From Bigelowiella natans CCMP2755 (lineage: Eukaryota; Protista; Cercozoa), in contig ADNK01001191.1 of NCBI GenBank assembly GCA_000320545.1, forward strand, positions 15,116-79,115: a stretch of 64,000 bases of DNA, written 5' to 3'. Below the pieces are notes generated by a model. It was not told the DNA's origin and made no database searches. It worked only from the letters and a program-made list of their open reading frames with translations. Positions 41,683-55,332 of this stretch are shown piece after piece; the stretch's first letter is position 1, and each line of letters opens with the position of its first letter. The translations under genes were made by a program, and so were the position numbers.

Positions 41683-42706
41683 TAAATTCATCTTATTACC
41701 AGGACTCGGTGGGTCGCTACGCGCTTCCCTATGGTTCCTGTCGTCCCCGCGTTACTTCGGAAGCCTCCACAGCATTCAAATGGATGCTAGAAGTCTCCGT
41801 TGTGCTATTCCCTTCCTCGAGATCCTCGGAAGGGGTGTCATCATCTACCTGATCTCCAGCTGCTTCTCCCTCCTAAGCCAGGCGTTGGTTCTGCGCGTCG
41901 ATCACCGGAGGGGTTCAGCCGCGGGGGGGGGGGTGTGGATGTGGATCCGGCCATTCTGGTGCACTGCGCTCGTGGTGGTTCTTTCGTTTGTCACCGCAGG
42001 TGCGATGTTGGCTGCTATAGTAAATACACCTCTGCAGTAGTGTAAAGAGCTAGCACCAAAGACCCAGAAACAAAACAACTGGGGAGAATATGTTGTCTTT
42101 CCTTCTTCGCCCCCCCCCCCCCCCCCCACATTTTTTCTAAAACTGTTCCCTCCCGAAATCAGGTACGACAGGGGCGTTGACACCCGAATCGTCCTTTGTA
42201 AGTCTCGATCACTTCTCAGCTGCTGCTGTAGTCACTGCCGCGTTCTTCTATTTCGGTACGACGATTCTTTCCGACTTCGAAAGATGTTGCATGTGGAGAG
42301 CAATAGTATTCAGTGAGTTTTTGTCGCTCTCGGAGAAAAATCATATTATGCGTCCCTGCTCCGGCATAATTTCATTTCCTGCTAAGAGCATATCTGCACT
42401 GCTGCCTTTGGCCACACGAAGACTGAGAGGAAGATACAAGCACTTCGGATTTTATCGTGCAGTTTTTGTCCTAGCGAAACACTTTCAGCTTTATTTGCAT
42501 TCTCGTATTTATTGAAATTAGCACCCAAAGTAGTTCTTCCAATAGAGACACTGTTAAATCATATCTCGTGTCCTCGTGCACTGACGACAGGCTATAGCTC
42601 TCTGTTCCAATTCCACTCGCAATTGGTTCCTGTTATGGTCGCGGGATACCTCTCCTCTGAGACCCTCCGCCAGATTGTTATTACATGTAATAATACGGGA
42701 TTTTGA
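34820..42706 (+). CDS. Large multi-pass CPBP (type II CAAX protease/Abi) family intramembrane protease, bacterial-type architecture, multi-exon
   Basis: CPBP motifs: AGFWEEALFR (about 37261), QAVIFGAGHANYP (about 37435), PGVVMHVVYD (about 37890). Many hydrophobic segments and an N-terminal TM/signal after ATG 34820. Last exon ends ...CNNTGF* at 42706. Confidence 0.82.
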
Positions 42707-43229
42707 AGGAAGAGGAGGATGATATACGAATAAATATTTTACATGAGCTATAATGTGGTGTGCGTGCGTGTGCGCGTGAGGGGGGGGGGGGAGAGAGAGA
42801 GAGAGAGAGAAAGAGAAGTGGGGATAGAGATATGATTGATATGAATTAAACATTCCAGATCGGGCTGCTGGTGTCGCAGGGATCAAACCGTTACAAGAGC
42901 AACCGTATAATCTAATGCTTTGCGGGCACTTCACCGTGTTTTGCCTGACATGGATTCTCGCCTTGCGCCTCGAGAGAAGTTTGATTCCAGTCGCTATCTC
43001 TCAATAGCCTAGAAACTTTCGATGCGGGAATCATTATGTGCGATGTGGCGAGCTATGAAAAGCATTAGGGAATAACACAAGATTTCGGTCGGCAGGTTAT
43101 TGTGTGTGCAAGATAATGCTAGAATGAAGAAAGTATGTATGCATCATGCCGAAACTCACTCGCTCGTCAGATGCGGTCAATGTGTTGGGAACATATAAAC
43201 TCTACACAACTTCGCTAATAAGCACCTGC

Positions 43230-43730
43230 ACGGCTAGATGGCATGGAATAAAACAACAGCAACGCGTTTATGCCTCTGATTTTCGCTAGGGTGTAATGGT
43301 GGCTGCCTCGGATGCATGCTCCGTCATTCATACGTATCGTATACGCAACTTTAATGTGACATTGCTAGATTGGGCGTGCAGTGCACCCTACTAGCTAGTT
43401 TGCATCGCTGGCCACCTGTTGCGAGGTATTGCATCGAGTGCGCACAGCTCGTCGTCTGCTAGCTAGCACGTGAACAAGTACATATCTAGATATGTTGGCT
43501 TATCTAGTCATATCCACAGATAGACGATCGACACTGCAAGTACTAAAGTAATGCTAGCAGCACTAGCTAGCTAGCGAGCAATCCTAGAATAATAATAAAA
43601 AGCGCGTGCAAACTTGACACAATTAGAAGAATAGCTAGGATAGCTTCGCTTGCGTGCTAGCGTGGCTAGGTGGGCACGCTGCGTGCATATAGCTACGACA
43701 CGCAAGCTACTCTAGTACTAACCTCTACTA
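43230..43730. repeat. CTAG-rich island between the convergent CPBP and ureG genes
   Basis: ctactagctagt, gctagctagcacgtg, cactagctagctagcg, gtgctagcgtggctag. Confidence 0.75.
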
Positions 43731-43913
43731 CTAAAAAATTTCATGCAAATGCTGTGTGTGCATCGAATCATCATCGTGATTATTATTGTATGCGGGCCAT
43801 GCATGTGGTTATTTATACATTGAATTATATGCTTTTAAGTGGATTTTGCCCATCTCCTACTCTATTACTCTAGAACTATCGTGATGATGCGAGGTATCAT
43901 TGTATATTTGTGC

Positions 43914-44768
43914 TCACACAGATGCAGCTTCAGCGTGTTTTAAAGCGCTGTCGTGAGCGTGCATAATGTGGTCTACGATCTCTTCGACGCCGTCGCCATG
44001 CTTCACTGATGCGAAGACTGTCGGCCCTTCATCGCGCATCAGCTTTGCGTCGCGATCCATGATGGCGAGATCGGCACCCACTGCCTCCGATAGATCAATC
44101 TTGTTGATGATGAGCACATCCGATTGCGTAATGCCAGGGCCGCCTTTCCGTGGAACCTTGTCGCCTCCAGCCACATCGATGACGTAGAGCGTCATGTCTG
44201 CAAGCTCCCGTGAGAAGTTGGCTGCGAGGTTGTCCCCTCCTGACTCGCACAACAGCAAAGTTGGGCTTGGGTCAAGGGACAGCGTGAGTTGGGTAAGCGC
44301 GGCGACGTTTCCCGATACATCCTCTCGAATCGCAGCGTGCGGGCATCCCCCAGTTTCCACCGCGCGAATCCTCTCAGCCGGAAGAACATCGTGCTTCGTC
44401 AAGAATTCAGCGTCTTCCCGGGTGAAAATGTCGTTGGTGACCACAGCTATCGATAGACGGTCTCGAAGTGATAAGCAGAGTTTCCGAACAAGGGCGGTCT
44501 TTCCAGAACCGACCGGCCCACCAATGCCGACGGTGAATGCGCGCTTCTTGAAGTCGCGGCCTTTGTCAAAGAGATACAGCGGGGAATCACGCTCCGAGAA
44601 TACACCCGGCGTTTCCTCGCCATGCGAATGCCCACCATGCCAGCGTTTCCCGTCGATTGCGGTAAAAACTGATGCGCCATAGATTTACAAAAAGTCAGCT
44701 GTTGCGTAAGGCTACACCATTTCGTTGTCCTTACTTGTAACGAAAGTTGCTTCATCATGTACAGACAT
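43914..44768 (-). CDS. ureG: Urease accessory GTPase UreG, eukaryotic type, 2 exons (intron 44669-44734)
   Basis: [11 protein letters not shown]|[98 protein letters not shown]-loop, CPH nickel motif and NKxD are present. Confidence 0.97.
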
Positions 44769-45151
44769 GATTGGATATACCTTTAGAGGAAGAGGAGGAG
44801 GAGGTGATGTGCATGGCCCGAAGGCCAGTCCGGAGACTCTTCAGAAACATACCTCGAGATATGATTATATCAAACATAATTCCTTGAATTTATACACCAC
44901 AAACTACGAGTGATTTTTTAATCATACAGGAAGACTCATTGTCGTAAAGCATAAAATACAATCCATTTCCAGTCCAGCAAATCCGTTTGGAGGCTTTGGA
45001 AAATCTGTTCTTTTTCAGGTGTTAGCTCCTTAGAAGTGGAGAAGGAAGTGGCAACTGTGCCTTTAAGCCAAAGGCCCTTTGTCCATTTTCCGTAAAACAG
45101 GAATAGTTTGATTGTCGTAGGTGAAAAACATAAGAGAAAACTGCTCAGGTT

Positions 45152-45173
45152 GGAGTATACTCGAGTATACTCC
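45152..45173. promoter_or_regulatory. Perfect 22-bp palindrome in the ureG/urease divergent promoter
   Basis: GGAGTATACTCGAGTATACTCC is its own reverse complement and contains two tandem copies of the palindromic 10-mer GAGTATACTC. It lies about 45 bp upstream of the predicted urease ATG. A regulatory role is inferred. Confidence 0.4.
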
Positions 45174-45216
45174 CAAGCAGATATATCTATCGTGCACTTC
45201 CCACGACGAAAAGCAA

Positions 45217-46819
45217 ATGATGCTTCGCGTACGGCCCCGAGCCCCTCAGAACCTCTGGACGAGGGTGGTTGACAGTAAGCGCATACAAAGGTGATAATAA
45301 AATATTACAGTTGCTATGAGGTGGAACTTTGTCTCCCGAAAGTTTATTACCTCGGCCATGTGGTACGCAGACGAAGGTTGCATCTATCTCCACGTGAACT
45401 AGACCACCTTCGATTGGCCGGTGCAGGCCAGATGGCTCAACGACGACTTGCTCGTGGAGTAAAGCTCAATCATCCAGAAGCAGTATGTGGATTTTTATGT
45501 CGCTATTGTTAGATTTGTAATCATGGTGGAACGTATACACAGGTCGCGCTCATTGCCTCTCAGCTTATGGAACGTATCCGCGATGGTGACGACTACGTTA
45601 CTTTAATGGGCAAGGGAAAACAAATGCTCGGTCATAATCAGGTTGTTTATATCATCTAACTGTCAGGTTCCTGACGTTCTAACCCTTTGCACGCCCCCCC
45701 CCCCCCCCCTCTCTTGCTCCTCTCTCCAAAAGGTGATGCCAGGAGTTGCGTCGATGATCAAGGAGATTCAAATAGAGGCGACATTTCCTGACGGAACGAA
45801 GTTGCTCACCATTCACGACCCCATCTCAAGCGAGAACGGCGATCTAGCCGAGGCGCTTGAGGGCTCCTTTCTACCAGTTCCAGACGTGAACCTCTTCGAT
45901 ACCAGCGAAGCTGATCAGAAGGGGTATCCTCCTGGAAAGATGCTACCAGATCAGGATTCCAAAGGAATCGAGATCAACCAGGTAGAAGGGAAGCTCTTCA
46001 AGTTAAGGGTGGGGGGGAAGGGATGTAATCTTGGCATAGTTAGTTTTGTTAATCTACTCCTCAAGCACCTTCACCGTGTAGAAAACAAGTTTAGCTTTGT
46101 TTCGTAGGCCGTATCATGCATGGGTAGGACGATGTTTTTATCGAGATGATAATAAATGACTACTACTACTGCTACTACTACTACAACTACTGCTACTACT
46201 ACTACAACTACTGCTACTACTACTGCAATAGGGTCGTGCACTGGTGACGGCCAAGGTGACAAACATGGGCGACAGGCCTATCCAAGTCGGCTCACATTAT
46301 CACTTCATTGAGACGAACAAAATGCTCAAGTTCAATCGGTAAGCAACACGCTGGCAAACTCTGCTTGTTTTGTGACACCATTTGTGCGTCTGCACGTTGC
46401 TGCTGCTGCCTACCTACCTACTCAACAGAGAGCTTGCTTATGGACGGAGGCTAAATATCCCTTCTGGCTCCTCGGTGCGATTCGAGCCAGGAGAATCAAA
46501 AGTGGTCAGTGCGAACGATTGACCCTAAACAATGGTCATCAAAAGCGCAGCAGAGCGATATTTTACGAACGAACTGATCAGAGAAGATGTCACACTCTTT
46601 GGCCACACATCCTTTTTGAAGAGAAATCATCTCGAATTTTCCCTGGGTCGTCGTCGTTGAGACTTCCTATAAAAAGGGAACTTATGCCCACTTTTGTGGT
46701 GGAATAAGTAGAAAATAGGCCATCAAACCTTTGTTTCGGCCTCCTATGACTTTACAATAGACACACAGAATATGTATATATACTAAATATATAGCATATA
46801 TACCTATTCAATAGACACG

Positions 46820-46859
<40 letters not shown>

Positions 46860-47181
46860 GTTATAACATATAACAATGCATCCATATTGGTGCTAGGTGA
46901 CTCTCGTCGACGTCGCAGGGAAGAGGCGCGTCGTATCAGGTTGAAGGAAGAGACTAAAGGAGAGGGGGGCGAGAGGAAAAAAGAATTGACGACAAATATT
47001 ACTGGGAGAGAGGAGATATGGATAGGATATCATGTGATAATACGAGTGATTGTTGTGGCGACCCATAAAATATGATCATCATTGTGTAGCAGCAGCATAT
47101 CACACATACGCCATTATTCCAGGCAATCGGTTGACTGATGGTGTTGCATCTCCCGAGCGTCTTCCAGAAGTAATATCTTGC

Positions 47182-47223
<42 letters not shown>

Positions 47224-47521
47224 ACACACACACACACACACCACACACACACACACACACGTACACTGCGCAAAGATCTGATGAGTAGTCACTTTGCCTT
47301 ATCCATACATCATCATTGCTGTTGAATCTCCATCCTTGGGATGATGATGATGATGATGAGGTGATATATGTTGGTCGTTGTAGGTTATGGCGAAGGTCCA
47401 AGCACAAGGGTTTCAGCATGATGCTGACGAGCAGGCAGGAAAAGGTTACTTCTTGGCACGGCACAAAAGCAGTAGCTGAACCAGATACCACACCGACGAT
47501 GGCGAATTCTACAGACACACG

Positions 47522-47558
<37 letters not shown>

Positions 47559-47840
47559 ACTCACCCACGCGCGTATTTATGAATATGTTTATGGCAGGAA
47601 CTCCGATGACGCTGTCACGAGGCGACTACTGCAGCCTCTACGGCCCAACGACTAACGATCGCGTGGTCCTTGGTAACACCGACCTCATCATTAAGGTGAG
47701 GAGGGGGACTGCTCCTGCTGCTGCTACTGCTGCTACTGCTGCTACTGCTGCTACTGCTGCTGCTGTTGACGACCCGTATCGACCAACGCATGATGATCTA
47801 GCACAACGATGATGACAACATGAGAGTTATACTTCTACTT

Positions 47841-47874
<34 letters not shown>

Positions 47875-48482
47875 CAAAGTGAGTGTCAGAAGTATGGTGT
47901 TTGTTACACACACGCACACACACACACACATACACCACACACACTTACTCACTCACACGCACACAGCACGCACGCTCCGCAGAGTAAGAGAGAGAAGATT
48001 TTTTAGAGTTGGGGAGAGCTCCAAACAATCGCACAGTATTCAACCACAATAACAGCAGCAGCAGCAGCAACAAAACAACTGAACTGGTAGGTTGAGAAGG
48101 ACATGACATCGTACGGCGACGAGTGCAAGTTTGGAGGTGGAAAGACATTGCGAGAGGGAATGGGGCAAATGACAGGATGTGACGCCGATTCTGCTCTTGA
48201 TACTGTCATCACAAATGCGCTCATTCTCGACGCCAAGACAGGTATGTTCCGTGGAGGAGGAGTTGGGAAGGGGTGGGTGGGGAAAGAGGAGGAGGAGGAG
48301 GAGGAGGAGGAAGAGGAGGAGTAGGCGAACTGAGAAGTAATTATATTTTCATTTAGGGGTTTATAACGAATCTCTTTTTGTTTGTGTTTGTGACAGGAAT
48401 TGTGAAGGCAGACATCGGAATCAAGAACGGTAGTACGTCGTAGCCATACAACGACGAGCTGTTTCTTGGTGAACGGGAGTCT

Positions 48483-48515
<33 letters not shown>

Positions 48516-49354
48516 CAGTGGTAGCTAGATAGCTCGCTGACGTGTATTTATGCCTCTGTTCAGCGTCATCACCAGCATTATATCATCATCATTATTGCAT
48601 CGTCGTGATCATCATCCCTGCTACTCCTTCTACACTATTACTCCTGATAGGGCGCATTGTCGGTATTGGCAAGGCTGGAAATCCCGACGTTATGGAGGGA
48701 GTCTCGCCCAACATGATCACGGGTGTTACCACGGAGGTCATCGCCGGCGAAAAACTTATTGCGACAGCAGGTTTGAAGAGGAGGAAGAGGGGCGAGGGTT
48801 GGGGAGGGGGGGGGGGGAGATAGCTTGGGGAGCTCGGTACAAATCGCAACATCATGCAACATCATGAGCAAAGCTATTGCTTTTATTACTGAATTTGATT
48901 AGGCGGTATCGACACACACGTCCACTACATCTGCCCCCAAATCATCGACGAGGTTGTCTGGTTGCCCATTTCCTCCCCCCCCTCCCCGCATTTGGTGATA
49001 TTCTCCCTGCTGCCGTGCCTCGATTGCTACTGCCGCCTCAATCTTGCTCTTGAGGCAAATCACCACAATCGTCCTCCTGATCGTCGTCATCCTTACCCTA
49101 CCCTATGTGCTATCATCATCATCACCATCATCATTATCTTTCTCAGTCAAGTAGAGATGATGCTCAAGGCCACTGACTCCTACCCACTCAACTTTGGTTT
49201 CTCTGGTATTATTGTCATTATTGTTGTTATTGTTGTTGTGACGGCTGCTGTCGTTTTCGTAATATCTTGGCATGAATCATCAGAAGAAGAAGCGTAAATA
49301 TGTACCGGAAATGATATATGCACATCCTTATATATATATATATATATACCCCCC

Positions 49355-49394
<40 letters not shown>

Positions 49395-51077
49395 CTGTGT
49401 TCCAAGAATAACGTCGATAAAATAAAAACCTCAGGAAAAGGCAACACGTCAGATGCCTCGGATCTTTATAAGGTCGTGGTGGTCAACCTCCATCCTCACT
49501 CACACTCTCCATTCCCAATTTTAGTGCTGCATGAACGTGTGTATGCAAGTATATATGACTATGTTGCCGTTGGGGGGGGAGGTCGTTATCATCTTCTGTC
49601 TTCCAACCTTCTGTAGACGATGGAGGCGGGAGCTTCGGGCTTCAAATTGCACGAGGTATTAGTAGCACTATATTATCGTAATATTTACATTTAATATTTA
49701 GATGTATATATTTACATATTTATATTCTCCTTCCGTGTCGTGTGCTGATTGGACATTATTTTATTGTCATCGTCACATTGTTACCATCACCCTCTCCTTA
49801 CCTCCCCACCCCCCCTTCACTCTGCCCACCTTGTAGGACTGGGGAACGACTCCTTCTAGCATCGACGCGTGCCTTGGATTTGCAGACGAGCATGACGTTG
49901 CTATCACCATCCACACGGACACACTCAATGAATCTGGTTTTGGAAGAAGAAGAAGAAGAAGAAGAAGAAGAAGAAGAAGAGGATAATGATGATGATGATG
50001 ATGATAGGGATAGTAGGTGGAAAATGAATACGATGTTGCCAAAACACCATTTCATTTGCTTATGGTACTCAGTATAGACGATGTCCATTCCTGACCAACC
50101 CAACAATCCCACCCCCCTCTCACTTCTCTCCCCGCAGGATTTGTCGATGACAGCATCGGCGCGTTTAAAGACCGCACCATCCACACGTACCACACCGAAG
50201 GCGCTGGGGGGGGGCACGCTCCTGACATCATTAAGGTAGTAGTGGGAAACAATTGAAGCTCGCAACGCAACGGGGGGGGGGGGGAGGGAAAGGGAGGGAT
50301 ATGTCATTTGAGTAGGTCAGGAGGATGGTGAGAGGGTTATTTTGTGAATGGTATCGCGTTATTCTCTACGCCATCACCATCATCATTATTATCATCATCA
50401 TCATCATCATCATCATGATGCTAGGTATGCAGCCTTAGCAACGTGATTCCGTCATCCACCAATCCAACGAGGCCCTTGACGATAAACACCGTGGATGAGC
50501 ACCTCGACATGCTCATGGTGTGCCACCACCTCGACAAAAACATCAAGGAGGACGTGGCCTTCGCCGAATCAAGTATGATGGCGTCGCCAGGAGTCGTGTA
50601 CATCACAATCCAACGACGAATGTCCTCACCCCCCCCCCCCCCCCTCTTGTGCCCTTCTTCTTACAGGAATCCGAGGAGAGACCATAGCAGCAGAGGACAT
50701 CCTCCACGATATGGGAGCCATATCGATCATGTCGTCTGACTCACAGGCAATGGGACGAGTGGGGGAGGTAATCACGCGCACCTGGCAGACTGCAGACAAG
50801 ATGAAGAAGCAGCAAGGTCTTCTACAACACACTCTCATAAATAAAATGAGCAAATCAATATGTAGTTGATAGAAGATCAAACGCAGCAGCAGCAGCAGCA
50901 GCAGCATCGGCGTCGTTCTCCGCTTGGTAGTATTCCGAGGAGGAGTGGGGTTTCTAGCTCTCTGTTGCTGTTTTATATGGGAGTAGCAGTAGTAGCAGTA
51001 CTTGTAGTAGTAGTAGTAGTTGTTGTTGTTGTTGTCATCATGCTCACAACAACACCTGGTTGCTGCTGCTATTACTT

Positions 51078-51110
<33 letters not shown>

Positions 51111-51773
51111 TAACTACTTCCATAGGTCCCCTGCCTGAGGACAGTGAGGGTGATGATGACAACATGCGCGCCAAACGCTACGTTGCCAAGTACACCATTA
51201 ACCCCGCCATCGCACATGGCATGTCGCATATCGTTGGCTCTATCGAGAACGGTAACCTAAGTACAAGGAGGCAGCTATTTTGAGGAGCACCTCGTAGTAG
51301 TAGTAGTAGTCTGTTATTGTTGTTGTTTGTTGTTTGTTGTTGTTGTTGTTGTTGTTGTTGTGGCAGTGGATAGCATGTTGTCGGTACGGTGACCACTCGC
51401 TCTCCAATCTTGCAGGCAAGTTGGCCGACATCGTCCTGTGGAATCCGGCACGATTCGGTGCGAAGCCGGAAATGGTTATCAAAGGTAAACGAGCTGAGAG
51501 TAAGTCGCCGCCGCATTGAGCACACACCTAGCCTGGAAGTTTCCCGCTGCTGCTTTTGCCTCGCTCGCAGTGGTCCTGATGGTGCGTTTCTATTCAAAAT
51601 GCAGGTGGCACGATAGCGTGGTCTCAGATGGGAGATCCGAACGCCTCTATCCCCACCCCTCAACCGGTGGTGATGAGGCCGATGTTCGGTGCAGAACCTG
51701 GCGCCGTCGGAGGTAAGGAAGACTATACAGAGAAGAAAGGGGGAGAGGGCAAGGGGGGAAGCGAGTACATATG

Positions 51774-51843
<70 letters not shown>

Positions 51844-52099
51844 TGTGCGAGTTTATATATGTATATATATTATATATGTATGCTGTGTGCGTGCGTGCGT
51901 GTACGAAGGATAATCTTTGTAAGATCCTATTACTTCCAAATTTTCGCAGCAAACCTCAGTCCGCTATTTATGCCACTTAGGAACCTCAATTGCCTTCGTT
52001 TCACAAGCGGCGATGAATGCCGATGTCAAATCTCAGTACGGGCTTGGAAAAGTATATCATACCAATTATTATAATATTTATGTGTACATAGTACACATA

Positions 52100-52136
<37 letters not shown>

Positions 52137-52153
52137 TCTCTCTCTGTGTGTGT

Positions 52154-52191
<38 letters not shown>

Positions 52192-52447
52192 ACATTATGT
52201 TATTATGAGGTATTGAATATTTTCGTTGTAAATATAACCAATATTGACGGCAAAACAATTCCACGCATAGATGGTTGAGGCGGTGAAAAATACGAGGAAT
52301 ATTGGCAAGAAGAACATGGTGCACAACGCACAGATGCCCGAATTGAGTGTAGATCCCGAGACTTTTGAGGTCAGAGCAGATGGAAAACTTCTTGAATGCG
52401 GACCAGCAAAAACACTTCCGCTTGCACAGACGTATTTTATGTTCTAA
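45217..52447 (+). CDS. URE: Urease, single-chain eukaryotic gamma-beta-alpha fusion, about 26 exons; one conserved exon absent in this sequence
   Basis: [27 protein letters not shown]; [17 protein letters not shown]; [15 protein letters not shown]; [10 protein letters not shown]; [13 protein letters not shown]; GFKLHE|DWG; IHTDTLNES; [17 protein letters not shown]; MVCHHL; [12 protein letters not shown]; ends PLAQTYFMF* at 52445-52447. Confidence 0.96.
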
Positions 52448-52449
52448 TA

Positions 52450-52910
52450 GATTACTAGATTATGATATCCACAGCGATTTCGCATCTCTATCTAGCTAGC
52501 TAGCTAGCATAGACGGTGCAAAAATGTACATTTCTAGATTTCTAGCTAGTAGCTAGATATCAATGTTCACTTGCTAGCCATGCTAGCTAGCTAGCATGTT
52601 GCGATGACTAGTAGATGATGAAGAGATAGCGCTCCTCTCTAGCTCTAGCTACAACGCAGTGATCTTCAGATGACTAGATGAGCTTGAGAGCTAGTGAACT
52701 AGCTAGACATCGCTACCTAGCTACGCACCTGCCACTAGCTAGCTAGCTAGCTAGTATGGCATGCATGCAAGCGCACTAGCTAGCTAGATGGAGCAAATGC
52801 TTGCAGTCCATGCATGCTAATGCAAGCTAAGTTCTGTCTCTGCATGCTAGCATGTGTTGCACGTGCAAACGTGACTACCACATGCGGGTATCTCTAGATC
52901 TATCCAGATC
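52450..52910. repeat. CTAG-rich island between the convergent urease and ubiquitin-actin genes
   Basis: tctagctagctagctagcat, gccactagctagctagctagctagtatggcatgcatgc, gcatgctagcatg. Confidence 0.8.
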
Positions 52911-53140
52911 CATCGCTGACAACAGCGATGACACAACTGTAAAATTACAACCGAATATGTACTTTATGAGCAAAAATGACATGAATACATGAAACATTAT
53001 TCGGCCGAAAAATCTGTTTTGGACGATTTCTATGCGACAGTATATTTGCATGACATGTGATCCCACCGCCAGGCCTTCTCTAAGACGACTCTGCAGAAAT
53101 GTCATAATTTATAAAACTTATCATGCTGTTGCTTAGCTCC

Positions 53141-54631
<1,491 letters not shown>

Positions 54632-55332
54632 TCACACATTTTTTCATTTTGGCAGATAACGCTTGCGCATTCCTGCAAAAGACTTGCAAACAAAACAAAA
54701 TGCAGATTGAATTCACCCTCCCTCAGTATTGTGGAGTCTCATATCTGTTTCGTGTATCGGAATATCTGTCACTGGAAAGCCCCTGGAACTTTTCCGCATT
54801 TTGAACTGAATCTGGGTCAACAGTGATGAATTCGCCCTCGGCAGCATTTCTGTCTCGGTCTGCTGCATCCCGCCAGCCTCAGGCAGGCACACGCCCAAAA
54901 GATGGACGACGTGGCCTCCTTTGGATAAATACGCCAAATTTGAACCAGGATAGTTGCACCATATTTAGTGCTGCCCTAGCTTGTGCTGCACGTTAAGGTC
55001 ACTGCTGTCGATGCCAGACAAGATGTGTGATACGGGTTTTGCAACTGTGCTGACTAGGAACATCGAACTTTCGAAGTTCATTTGAGGTCAAGCGGATCAC
55101 CTCGGATTTCATCCTGCGACATGGAAATTGAACACAAAATCTAAAATCTTCCATCCACCGCAGAGACCTACAATCTGTAGGTATTCCCTCGATGCAACGA
55201 GGCAACATGTGGGTTTATCGATACCTGAGGTCCTGCTTTTTATTTTGAAGGATTTCAAATATCTGGTATAACATATAGAAGTTCCTAGGGTAACTTTCAT
55301 CCCCTTTCCAGATCCTGCCCGACCCGCCCATC

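Noticed and set aside
54820-54960. GTGATGA C-box-like motif suggesting a snoRNA
   Set aside because: No matching D box or terminal stem seen.
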